From NCBI GenBank assembly GCA_964422925.1, contig CAYRDC010000004.1:19838-83837 (forward strand): 64,000 nt of DNA, given 5' to 3'. This DNA is from an uncultured Chitinophagales bacterium (GTDB lineage: Bacteria > Bacteroidota > Bacteroidia > Chitinophagales > S012-47). Below, piece after piece: positions 36,655-45,778 of this stretch (within the stretch, counting starts at the first letter, position 1; each line of letters opens with the position of its first letter). Position numbers and translations under genes: made by a program. The notes beneath the pieces are model-generated. The model saw only the letters and a program-made list of their open reading frames with translations, was not told where the DNA came from and did no database searches.

Positions 36655-38763
36655 TCATCGCATGATGAGGAATGAACGGGCCTGGTTTCCTTCCGCGCTA
36701 TGAATAATCATCCAGTACATGCCATCTTCCAGCTTGCTCGCATCAAATTCGATATGATGAGGCCCTTTCGACAGGAATCCTTCATATACTGTAGCCAGAA
36801 TACGCCCACTGATGTCAGTAACCTGCATGGCCACCTGGCCGGGATCTGCAACAGAAAAATCAATTTTCAACTGGTCGGACACCGGATTCGGATAAAGGAC
36901 CAACTCACCGATAGATGCTCCCAAGGGATCTATTCCGCTGCTTACCACGTGAAGCGTATCGCAATAGGTATCCATGCACATGGTAGCTGAATCGGTAATT
37001 GCCAGGCAAACTACATAGATACCCGGATTTTGATAAAGGTGCACCGGGTTTTCAAGGATGCTGAAATTCCCGTCCCCGAAATACCAGAGGTAGTAGAGGT
37101 TATTCCCGGTGGATTGGTTGGTAAAGGTAGCAATCATACCGTTGAGTGAATAGGTGAAATCAGCCTGACAACTCCCGCCTCCGACATGAACTGTATCGCA
37201 ATAGGTATCAACACAACTGTCAATGGTGGTCATGGTCAGGCATACCAAATACGAACCGCTCTGGGAATATGTGTGCCACGGATTGGGCATATTGCTGGTT
37301 GAGCCGTCTCCGAAATCCCAGTGGAAGGAAGGCATGATGCCCGTGGATTTATTAATGAAGTGTACCGCATTGCCAAAGGTGAAGTAATGGAAATCGGCAT
37401 GACAGCCCGTACCTCCGCCAACAGGCACCATATGGCACCAGGTACTGGTACAGCTGTCGTCCGTGATAATGGTCAAACAAACATGATACATTCCCGGTTG
37501 ACTGTAGGTATGTGCCGGATTCTGCTGAGTGGAAGTATCCCCGTCCCCGAAGTCCCAGTGCCAGCTTACAATGTTTCCGGTAGCAACTGATTGATCGTGG
37601 AAATGCACCATAAAACTGCCGGGAGTGAGCTGGAAGCTGAATTTCGCGTGGCATATGGCCGGGTTGCTGTTGCATGGACCTGGGGTCCAGCTTGTTACTC
37701 CGTGGTAATGCATGGCAATGCAGGCATTCTGGTAGGTAACACTGTCACAGCCGCACACCGGCATATACACAGCCGGGCAGGAAACGGTGGTATCAATCAG
37801 GCTGCTGTCAATGCATTGCTGCTGTCCCGTAGTGACGGTTATGGTGTCGCAATAGGTGTCCTGGCAGCCGGCAGAATCGTCTATGCTCAGGCAAACCACA
37901 TAGGTACCGGCCTGTGAGTATGTATGCCACGGGTTGGGCACATGGCTCGTAGTGCTGTCCCCAAAGTCCCAGGTATAATGCAGGTCATACCCCGAACTCA
38001 TGTTATTGAAATGAACATTCAGCCCGTTGCTCCACGAAGTGAAAAAAGCATTGCAGGGCTGGTTCTGTCCTACCGTCACTGAATCGCAGAAGGTGCTCGT
38101 GCAGCTGTCAGTAGTCTGAATGGTGAGGCAAACCAGGTAAGTGCCCGGGCTGCTGTAATGATGGAACGGGTTTTTCATGTGCGAGCTGTCCCCGTCCCCA
38201 AAATCCCAGTGCCAGGAGGTAATATATCCCGAGGCAGTTGACTGATCGATAAAATGCACTCCGCTCTGGAAAATCTGATAGGTAAAATCTGCCTGGCAGG
38301 AGCCGCTTCCGGTACAAGGCCCCGGGGTCCAGGTTGTAACCCCATGCCAATTGTAGGCTTCACAGGCATTGTTGTAAGTAACCGAGTCGCAGCCGCATAC
38401 CGGCATATATACCATCGGGCAGGCTACCGTAGTGTCAATGATCGAACTGTCAATACATACATTGGATGTGCCTACTGCAATGGTGTCGCAAAAGGTATCC
38501 TGGCAACCTGCATTATTCGAGATGGTCAGACACACGACATACGTGCCGGATGCCGAATACATGTGTACAGGATTCTTGAAATAGGAATGGGTTCCGTCTC
38601 CGAAATCCCAGAACCAGTGCACCCAGTTATTGTAAGTCGACTGGTCGGTGAAATGCACGATTTGCCCGTTGACGCTGTAGCTGAAATCGGCCTGGCAGTT
38701 AGCTTGGGCTATTGCGAAATGTGCCAGGGTAAGAAACGGTAGTAAAACAATCAATCTCTTCAT
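36655..38763 (-). CDS. T9SS cargo protein: six PKD repeats interleaved with two Kazal-like cysteine modules
   Basis: It has a signal peptide and six roughly 80-aa repeats with W(D/Y)FGDG. Two modules read CP.VYMPVCGCDSVTY.NAC...WTPGPC. The C-terminus is LVLYPNPVSDQLKI...GMYWMII. Confidence 0.8.
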   Translation of the reverse strand: MKRLIVLLPFLTLAHFAIAQANCQADFSYSVNGQIVHFTDQSTYNNWVHWFWDFGDGTHSYFKNPVHMYSASGTYVVCLTISNNAGCQDTFCDTIAVGTSNVCIDSSIIDTTVACPMVYMPVCGCDSVTYNNACEAYNWHGVTTWTPGPCTGSGSCQADFTYQIFQSGVHFIDQSTASGYITSWHWDFGDGDSSHMKNPFHHYSSPGTYLVCLTIQTTDSCTSTFCDSVTVGQNQPCNAFFTSWSNGLNVHFNNMSSGYDLHYTWDFGDSTTSHVPNPWHTYSQAGTYVVCLSIDDSAGCQDTYCDTITVTTGQQQCIDSSLIDTTVSCPAVYMPVCGCDSVTYQNACIAMHYHGVTSWTPGPCNSNPAICHAKFSFQLTPGSFMVHFHDQSVATGNIVSWHWDFGDGDTSTQQNPAHTYSQPGMYHVCLTIITDDSCTSTWCHMVPVGGGTGCHADFHYFTFGNAVHFINKSTGIMPSFHWDFGDGSTSNMPNPWHTYSQSGSYLVCLTMTTIDSCVDTYCDTVHVGGGSCQADFTYSLNGMIATFTNQSTGNNLYYLWYFGDGNFSILENPVHLYQNPGIYVVCLAITDSATMCMDTYCDTLHVVSSGIDPLGASIGELVLYPNPVSDQLKIDFSVADPGQVAMQVTDISGRILATVYEGFLSKGPHHIEFDASKLEDGMYWMIIHSAEGNQARSFLIMR

Positions 38764-38786
38764 GGCTATTGGGTTTTAGTTTTAGT

Positions 38787-39890
38787 CTATTGAATACTAA
38801 TTTTCCGGGCGCTCCAGGCATTCCCGGCCAATACATGAACCAGGTAAATGCCTGGTGAAATATCTTGCAAGGAAATCGTTGCTTCGTTGATCAAATAGGT
38901 AACCGGAACGGTAACTAACCTGCCACAGAGATCCAATAGTTGAACCTCCTGAATATTGCTCCCGCTGATTGTAAGCATCTGCCGGGCAGGATTGGGATAA
39001 ACCCGTACTGGTGTTTCTTTTTTAACCGGGGGTAAATCCGCTGACGGGTCCACCACAATGAAGGAAACCGAATCGGCATATACCGGGATAGGCACTTCCG
39101 CACTGTCAATCAGGACGACATTCGCGAAACTGATGGTCAGGGTATCGATAGCATCCAGGTTCTTGCCCGCGATGTTTTGCTCCATGATAAAGCTGATCCG
39201 GGCAATCGGACCATTGCCATAGCTGTTTTGATGGTTCAGCTTAGTGATAGCTGCCGTAAAACTTCCCTGCTGGTAAAAATCTTTGTCAAAGGTCAGCAGG
39301 GCAGAAGGAACCCCAATCCAAGTACTGCTGTCAAGTGTCATGTGAACGGAGCCCGAATCGATAAGGCTGCTGGTATAGCGCAAAGTAAAAGCCAGGCCAT
39401 AAAAATTGGTTGGCATACCCATTTGTCCCAGAATTAAGGTAAGGGTAAGGGTGTCTGATACATGCAAAGTGTCCTGAATTACCGGCATAAACCTAAGCCA
39501 CGGATTGCCCATTGTGCCGGGAATCATCGGGTACATATTGGAGGAAAGGGCAGCCGTATCATGGGTTTTTCCAATGTTATGATGAATGGCCACCAGATCG
39601 CCCAGGTTCACAATGCCGTCACCGTTGCAATCTGCATGGCTGGTGGGTATTCCGTTCCAGAGGGTATCAGTTCCCCAATTGGGCGCGGGTTCTCCCTGCC
39701 AGTTGATGGTGGCATTGGGTCGCACCGGCCCGGAATGGCCGAATTTTATGCCCAGGGTCAGGATATCAAAAATATCCGCATGTCCGTCATGATTAGCATC
39801 ACCGGGCCACACGATCTCCGTTAACTGAGCCTGTACGAAGGGAAGGCCGGTAAAAAACAACAATGCAAAAACGGTTAAAAATCTTTTCAT
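38787..39890 (-). CDS. T9SS cargo protein with dockerin-like repeats and a cohesin-like module
   Basis: The ATG at 39890 gives a signal peptide. GDANHDGHADIFDILTL and DCNGDGIVNLGDLVAI are dockerin-type Ca-binding repeats. A roughly 150-aa beta-rich module with YGLAFTLRY and GNGPIARISF follows. The C-terminus is VRVYPNPARQMLTI...GIYLVHV. Confidence 0.7.
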   Translation of the reverse strand: MKRFLTVFALLFFTGLPFVQAQLTEIVWPGDANHDGHADIFDILTLGIKFGHSGPVRPNATINWQGEPAPNWGTDTLWNGIPTSHADCNGDGIVNLGDLVAIHHNIGKTHDTAALSSNMYPMIPGTMGNPWLRFMPVIQDTLHVSDTLTLTLILGQMGMPTNFYGLAFTLRYTSSLIDSGSVHMTLDSSTWIGVPSALLTFDKDFYQQGSFTAAITKLNHQNSYGNGPIARISFIMEQNIAGKNLDAIDTLTISFANVVLIDSAEVPIPVYADSVSFIVVDPSADLPPVKKETPVRVYPNPARQMLTISGSNIQEVQLLDLCGRLVTVPVTYLINEATISLQDISPGIYLVHVLAGNAWSARKISIQ

Positions 39891-40063
39891 AGCCGGCAGG
39901 TTCACTAATCGACTAAAGCAAAAATCACCATTCTATTTTATAGAAACCAGTACAATTTTCTTTATTTTCCGGATACTTTTCTTACTATTTTTTCAGTTCA
40001 TTTATTCCCAGACAAGACTTTTGTTATTGATTTTGTTTATTTTGTAGCCTATTTTAAGAAAAA

Positions 40064-40071
40064 TATTTTTG
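40064..40071 (+). promoter_or_regulatory. Candidate -7 promoter box
   Basis: tatttttg lies 36 nt upstream of the ATG at 40107. Confidence 0.4.
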
Positions 40072-40106
40072 TACCTATATCTTGATTTTCCAAACCTACA
40101 ATAAAA

Positions 40107-41537
40107 ATGCATAAGGGTAAGCTGATTTCAGTATGCCGGTTGCTTACGCACAGTGAAATGCGTCAACTCTGTTTATTTGTTCAATCTCCCTTTCATAACC
40201 GTGATCCGCTGGTTAGGAAACTGGTAGAATACTTATTCAGCCTTTCTCCCAAATATACTGATCATGCACTGAACCGCAAGATTATCTTTAGTCAGTTATT
40301 CCCGGGAGACCCCTATGATGAAAAGCGCTTAAGTTATATCGTTTCTGCTACGCTGAAGCTGATGGAAGACTTCCTGTTTATCCGGGAAAAGAAGAAAGAT
40401 GCTTTTGATAAAACATTGGCGCTGCTCCGGTTTTACAGCCGCAATAAGCTGGATAAGCACTTTCATTCTGTAGAGCAAAAAGCCCGGAAGCTTTCCGAAA
40501 AGATGGACTGGCCCGATGCGGGATATTTCTATAACCTTTACCGCCTGAATGAAGTCCTGAACGAAAGGTTTGAGCAAACCAGGAAACGGGTCTATGATGA
40601 AAGCCTGCAATCGCTGATGGACCACCTCGACCGGTTTTATGTGCTCAATAAGCTGAAGTACAGCTGTGAAATGATAAACCGGAAAGCGGCTGTGTCGGGG
40701 GAATATGAAATGCGGCTGTTGGATGAAATCCTTAGCCTGGCCCAAAGGGATCCGGCTCTGGATTACCCAAGCCTGACCGCCTATTATCATGTCCTGCAAA
40801 TGCTGAAAGACCCTGATAAGGTGGATGCCTTTAAATCTCTACGCCAGTTGTTGCAGCAGTATGCGGCACGGTTTCCGGTACAGGAAGCCCGCGATTTATA
40901 TACCTATGCCCTCAACTATTGTATCATCCAAATCAACAAGGGAGAAACCGGGTACCTGGAAACGGTATTTGCCCTTTACCGCGAAATGCTTGAAAAGAAG
41001 ATTATTTTCATTGATGGGGAAATATCTCCCTGGAGTTTTAAAAACATTGTATCCGTTGCCCTGCGGTTGGAACAACTGGAATGGGCAGAGTCTTTTGTAA
41101 GCCGGTATATCCGGTATCTTGCGCCCACGTTCAGGCCGAATGCCTATGCCTATAATATGGCCAGTATTATGTACAGGCGGCAGCAGTACAAAAAGGCGCT
41201 GTTGCTCTTGCAACAAGTCCGGTTCACGGATATTTATTATTCACTGGATACCCGCTCCCTGCTCCTGAAAATCTATTATGAACTGAATGAGCGGGAAGCA
41301 TTGCTTAACCACCTAGAGACTTTCAGGGTTTATCTCATACGTAACAAACTGATTTCCGATAATATGCGCAGGGTTTATCAAAACCAGGTGCGGTGGCTTC
41401 GAAGGTTATTGCGGACGCGTTCCGTTGAAAAAACCAAATGGCTGCTTTCTGAGCTGGAGCAAACGGGACAGGTGGCAGATAAAAGTTGGTTGCTTGCCAA
41501 ATTCCGGGAACAATGCCTGGAGCAGGCCGTTCAGTAG
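40107..41537 (+). CDS. Hypothetical all-helical (TPR-like) protein
   Basis: 476 aa, with no signal peptide. It is Leu/Tyr/Arg-rich with a helical repeat texture, and I recognise no catalytic motif. Confidence 0.6.
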   Translation: MHKGKLISVCRLLTHSEMRQLCLFVQSPFHNRDPLVRKLVEYLFSLSPKYTDHALNRKIIFSQLFPGDPYDEKRLSYIVSATLKLMEDFLFIREKKKDAFDKTLALLRFYSRNKLDKHFHSVEQKARKLSEKMDWPDAGYFYNLYRLNEVLNERFEQTRKRVYDESLQSLMDHLDRFYVLNKLKYSCEMINRKAAVSGEYEMRLLDEILSLAQRDPALDYPSLTAYYHVLQMLKDPDKVDAFKSLRQLLQQYAARFPVQEARDLYTYALNYCIIQINKGETGYLETVFALYREMLEKKIIFIDGEISPWSFKNIVSVALRLEQLEWAESFVSRYIRYLAPTFRPNAYAYNMASIMYRRQQYKKALLLLQQVRFTDIYYSLDTRSLLLKIYYELNEREALLNHLETFRVYLIRNKLISDNMRRVYQNQVRWLRRLLRTRSVEKTKWLLSELEQTGQVADKSWLLAKFREQCLEQAVQ

Positions 41538-41580
41538 CCAAGTTCCCAAAGCTTTTTATATTTAAGCCAAAGGGTGACGG

Positions 41581-43395
41581 ATGGCAATAATGGCGGCCAT
41601 ATTGGTTTTGGGTATTTTTGGCCAGTGGCTGGCCTGGCGCATTAATGTGCCTGCTATTTTGCCTTTGATAATCATCGGCCTGATTGTCGGGCCCATCATT
41701 TCACTTGACCTGTTCCTCGGCTACAAGTTGATCGATCCAAATGAATTAATGCCCAGCGTTACGCTGAATCATTTCATATCGCTTTCGGTAGGGGTTATTT
41801 TGTTTGAGGGAGGGCTGACCCTGCGCCTCAAGGAAGTGCGCCATGTGGCATCCACCGTTCGTAACCTGATCCTTATCGGCCCTTTGATCACCCTGGCAGG
41901 CAGCAGCCTGGTTGCCCATTTTGTCCTGGGCATGGACATTCGCATCGCCCTGTTATTCGGCTCCCTGATTATTGTAACCGGCCCAACGGTTATCGGGCCT
42001 ATTTTGCGGAGTGTACATCCCAACAAAAGAGTGGCTACGGTGCTGAAATGGGAAAGCATACTGATCGATCCCATCGGTGCCCTGGTAGCCGTGCTTATGT
42101 ATGAATTCTTCCGCAGCGGTGCCGGGTTTGCCTTTACTTTCACTGCCCTGCTTACTTTCGGAAAAGTGGTGCTGGCAGGAGTTGTCACAGGCATATTCAC
42201 AGCCTGGCTGCTCTACCTCATGCTAAAACGCCACTTGATCCCTGATTACCTGATCAATACCATGGCTTTGGCTTTTGTTATGCTGGCTTTCGCGGGAGCC
42301 GAACTGATCAGCCCGGAGTCCGGCTTATTGTCAGTTACACTGATGGGAATCCTGCTGGCCAACATGAATATCCCCGAACTGAAAAATATCCTGAACTTCA
42401 AGGAGAGCCTGACCATTTTACTGATTTCCATATTGTTCATCATCCTGGCAGCTGAAATAGAACCGGCACAGCTGCAACTGCTGGGCTGGAAAAGCCTGGT
42501 GGTTTTTGCCATTGTGATCCTGCTGATCAGGCCCTTAAATGTCTTTATCAGCAGTATAGGATCCGCCCTGAAGCTAAACGAAAGGCTGTTTATTTCCTGG
42601 ATCGGCCCACGGGGTATAGTGGCCGCGGCCATTGCTTCCATCTTCAGCATGAACCTGCTGAACATGGGGACTTTAAGCCCACAGGAAATGCGGGATGTGC
42701 AATTATTGGTTCCGCTGACTTTTCTGATCATCCTGGGGACGGTGGTCATCCAGGGATTAAGCGCCAAAAAGGTCAGCGAGTGGCTGGATGTGATCAAAAA
42801 GAATCCCGAAGGATTCCTGTTGCTGGGGGCTCATGACGCGGCCCGTAAAATCGCAGCGTACCTCCAGAAAGAGGGAATGGAAGTGGTATTGGTAGATACT
42901 TCCCACACTAACGTGAAGGAAGCCCGTTCCAGCGGATTAAAAGTGATTGAACATAACATTCTGTCAGAAGATATGGCCGATGAACTGGAAACATTTGACA
43001 TCGGCACGTTTATGGCGCTCACCTCCAATAATGAGCTGAATATTTTTTCCTGCCGCAAATTCAAAAGGGAACTGGCTGAAAACAGAAACTACCGCCTGAT
43101 AACGCGCCATGAAATCAAGTTCAACTCCCTGGTCAGGCCTAAGTACATCCTGTTTGGAAACAATGCCGATTTTTACAAGCTGATTGATGTTTCGAGGCGG
43201 TATCCGGAAATCAAGGAATTAAAACTGTCCAGCACTGATGAATTTCAGCAAGTAATGGATAACCTGCCGGCAGACATGATTCCTCTTTTCCTGAAAACCC
43301 GGGAGAAACATTTCAAGGTCATTCTGGCAGATGGGAATACCCGGTGGGAAGATGGAGATATTTTAGTGTATATGGGTCCTGAATGGAAAGCCTGA
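41581..43395 (+). CDS. Cation:proton antiporter (Na+/H+ exchanger family) with C-terminal TrkA-like regulatory domains
   Basis: Ten or more TM helices are followed by LLLGAHDAARKIAAYLQKEGMEVVLVD (Rossmann-like TrkA-N) and a TrkA-C-like end. Confidence 0.85.
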   Translation: MAIMAAILVLGIFGQWLAWRINVPAILPLIIIGLIVGPIISLDLFLGYKLIDPNELMPSVTLNHFISLSVGVILFEGGLTLRLKEVRHVASTVRNLILIGPLITLAGSSLVAHFVLGMDIRIALLFGSLIIVTGPTVIGPILRSVHPNKRVATVLKWESILIDPIGALVAVLMYEFFRSGAGFAFTFTALLTFGKVVLAGVVTGIFTAWLLYLMLKRHLIPDYLINTMALAFVMLAFAGAELISPESGLLSVTLMGILLANMNIPELKNILNFKESLTILLISILFIILAAEIEPAQLQLLGWKSLVVFAIVILLIRPLNVFISSIGSALKLNERLFISWIGPRGIVAAAIASIFSMNLLNMGTLSPQEMRDVQLLVPLTFLIILGTVVIQGLSAKKVSEWLDVIKKNPEGFLLLGAHDAARKIAAYLQKEGMEVVLVDTSHTNVKEARSSGLKVIEHNILSEDMADELETFDIGTFMALTSNNELNIFSCRKFKRELAENRNYRLITRHEIKFNSLVRPKYILFGNNADFYKLIDVSRRYPEIKELKLSSTDEFQQVMDNLPADMIPLFLKTREKHFKVILADGNTRWEDGDILVYMGPEWKA

Positions 43396-43411
43396 TAACG
43401 CGCACTTTGGT

Positions 43412-44104
43412 ATGAGTAAAGGGAAACTACAAAAGTTTGCCGAGCTGGCTACTTTTCCGAATGTATTCCAGAATTTCAGCCATCACCAGCCGGAGCTGAT
43501 CAATTACCGGTCTGAAAAAGCAGATCTCAAAGGCCGGTGGAATCAATTTTTCGGCAATAAACATCCCATTACCCTTGAATTAGCCTGCGGCCGGGGCGAA
43601 TACACCCTTGCCATGGCCCGCAGGACACTAACCGGCAATTTCATCGGAGTGGACATAAAAGGCGCCCGCATCTGGAAAGGAGCCAAAACCGCACTGGAAG
43701 AAAACCTGAGAAATGTAGCCTTTGTCCGGACGGAAATTGAATTTCTGGATCACTTTTTCGCTTCGGGGGAAATTGCCGAAATATGGATTACCTTCCCGGA
43801 CCCTTTTCCCCGGAAAAGCCGCTCGGGCAAACGCTTAACCAGCCCGCGCTTTCTGGACATTTATCAAAAAATTTTACAGCCGGGGGGCTTCATTCATCTG
43901 AAAACCGACTCCGAACTGTTGTTTGACTTTACCCTTGAGATGATACGCGACAGAAAATTAAAAATCCATCAGCTGGTAAGGGATGTATATTCGGAGCCGC
44001 ACGGCAATGACCTGCTGTATGTAAAAACCTACTACGAAAACCTGCACCTGGCCGAGGGGCACATTATAAGATATGTGCGCTTTTCCCTGGAAAAGGATAG
44101 CTGA
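43412..44104 (+). CDS. trmB: tRNA (guanine-N7)-methyltransferase
   Basis: LELACGRGEYT SAM-binding motif and WITFPDPFPRKSRSGKRL. Confidence 0.85.
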   Translation: MSKGKLQKFAELATFPNVFQNFSHHQPELINYRSEKADLKGRWNQFFGNKHPITLELACGRGEYTLAMARRTLTGNFIGVDIKGARIWKGAKTALEENLRNVAFVRTEIEFLDHFFASGEIAEIWITFPDPFPRKSRSGKRLTSPRFLDIYQKILQPGGFIHLKTDSELLFDFTLEMIRDRKLKIHQLVRDVYSEPHGNDLLYVKTYYENLHLAEGHIIRYVRFSLEKDS

Positions 44105-45658
44105 TCAGGAAACATCAATTTCCTCATTGTCCTTATTGAAGAAGTGGTATTCCACCAGTTGGAAATCATTGTTTTTATACAGCTTCACCCAACGCTGGTA
44201 TTTCCAGAACCATTTGAGCTGCCTGGACACCACGCCTTCTTTCAGGTAGGAATAAAGGAAGGGATGCACATGCAGTTTCAGTAAAGGCAGGTTTTGGTTC
44301 TTGAACAGGTAATCGATTTTGCGTTCAATTTCATCCACGATGAGGATGGTCGGTCCGATTTTGCCCGTGCCATGGCAGGTTGGACACAATTCTGAAGTAA
44401 CGATATTGAGTTCCGGCCTGACCCGCTGGCGGGTAATCTGCATAAGCCCGAATTTGCTTATAGGCAAAATGGTATGTTTTGCCCGGTCAGTTTCCATGGC
44501 CTTCCGGATGGTCGCCAGCAACTTCCGTTTATTGGCGGGGTTTTTCATGTCAATGAAATCAATGATGATGATTCCGCCCAGGTCGCGCAGGCGCAGTTGC
44601 CGGGCAATTTCAAAAGCAGCCTCTTCATTGACCTGCAGGGCATTGGTTTCCTGGTCAACTGAATTGTCGGTCCGCGGGCCGCTGTTCACATCGATCACGT
44701 GCATGGCTTCGGTATGTTCGATCACCAGGTAAGCGCCACTGGGCAGGGTGACGGTTTTCCCGAACAAGGATTTTACCTGCCGTGTAATCCCATAGGCATC
44801 AAAGATGGGTGCCCGCCCTTTGTGCAGGGTGACGATATTTTCTTTGCCCGGGGCAATTTTTGAAACAAAGGTTTTTATATCGTTCAGAAGGGGCTTCTCG
44901 TTGACTACGATCCGGGTAAACGATTCATTGAGCAGGTCGCGCAGCAGGCCGCTGGTGCGGTCCAGCTCGCCCATGATTTTTTTGGGTGGTTGTTTCCCCG
45001 ACAGTTTTTTACTGACTTTTCCCCATTTCTCCATCAGGGCATTTAGGTCTTCGTGCAAGTCGGCCACTTTTTTGCCCTGAGCTACGGTCCGTATCACGAT
45101 GCCGAAATTGGCCGGTTTGATGCTTTCCACCAGGCGGACCAGCCTTTTGCGTTCTTCAGCAGAAGCAATTTTGCGGGATATCCCTATTGATTTGCCAAAA
45201 GGCACCAGCACAAGGTAACGCCCGGCCAGGGTTATTTCGCAGGTCAGCCGCGGCCCTTTGGTGGAAATAGGCTCTTTCAGTATTTGAACCAGAATCGGAT
45301 TCTTCTTGGAAATGGCATTATTTATCCGGCCGGTTTTGACAATTTTTGGCTCAAACGGAAAATTATCCAGTCGGGCGTATTTATGGTTACCCGCTATGGA
45401 CAAGCGGGTAAACTTCAGCAAAGACCGGATGTTGGGGCTTAAATCGGTATAATGCAGAAAGGCATCGCGTTTATAGCCTACATCCACGAAGGCAGCGTTC
45501 AGCCCGGGATTAATGCGTTTAACCCGCCCCAGGTAAATATCGCCTACGTTGAACCGGCTGTCTTCACTTTCCTGATGCAGTTCTACCAGCCGGTGGTCTT
45601 CCAATAAAGCAATTTCAACCCCGCTGGGGGTTGCCCGAATAATTAATTCTTTTTCCAC
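44105..45658 (-). CDS. rng: Ribonuclease G/E family endoribonuclease
   Basis: S1 domain GDIYLGRVKRINPGLNAAFVDVG, catalytic IIIDFIDM and Zn-link CPTCHGTG. I prefer the GTG at 45658 (VEKELII...). An upstream ATG at 45724 lies inside a hairpin. Confidence 0.9.
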   Translation of the reverse strand: MEKELIIRATPSGVEIALLEDHRLVELHQESEDSRFNVGDIYLGRVKRINPGLNAAFVDVGYKRDAFLHYTDLSPNIRSLLKFTRLSIAGNHKYARLDNFPFEPKIVKTGRINNAISKKNPILVQILKEPISTKGPRLTCEITLAGRYLVLVPFGKSIGISRKIASAEERKRLVRLVESIKPANFGIVIRTVAQGKKVADLHEDLNALMEKWGKVSKKLSGKQPPKKIMGELDRTSGLLRDLLNESFTRIVVNEKPLLNDIKTFVSKIAPGKENIVTLHKGRAPIFDAYGITRQVKSLFGKTVTLPSGAYLVIEHTEAMHVIDVNSGPRTDNSVDQETNALQVNEEAAFEIARQLRLRDLGGIIIIDFIDMKNPANKRKLLATIRKAMETDRAKHTILPISKFGLMQITRQRVRPELNIVTSELCPTCHGTGKIGPTILIVDEIERKIDYLFKNQNLPLLKLHVHPFLYSYLKEGVVSRQLKWFWKYQRWVKLYKNNDFQLVEYHFFNKDNEEIDVS

Positions 45659-45778
45659 AATAGCGCTTCTACTTTCCAGTGATGGTATAGCACAAACCCG
45701 TTCAAATAGCAGGTGCCAAGGCACCTTTACCTGTAAAGCGCAGCAGAAAAGTAACTGAAGGCAGGGGGAAAAATACGG

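Noticed and set aside
36655-38763. Periodic DNA repeats that could be mistaken for a CRISPR-like or tandem array.
   Set aside because: The repeats are about 240 nt, diverged, and in frame. They correspond to PKD and Kazal-like protein modules of a single long ORF, so this is not a repeat-spacer array.
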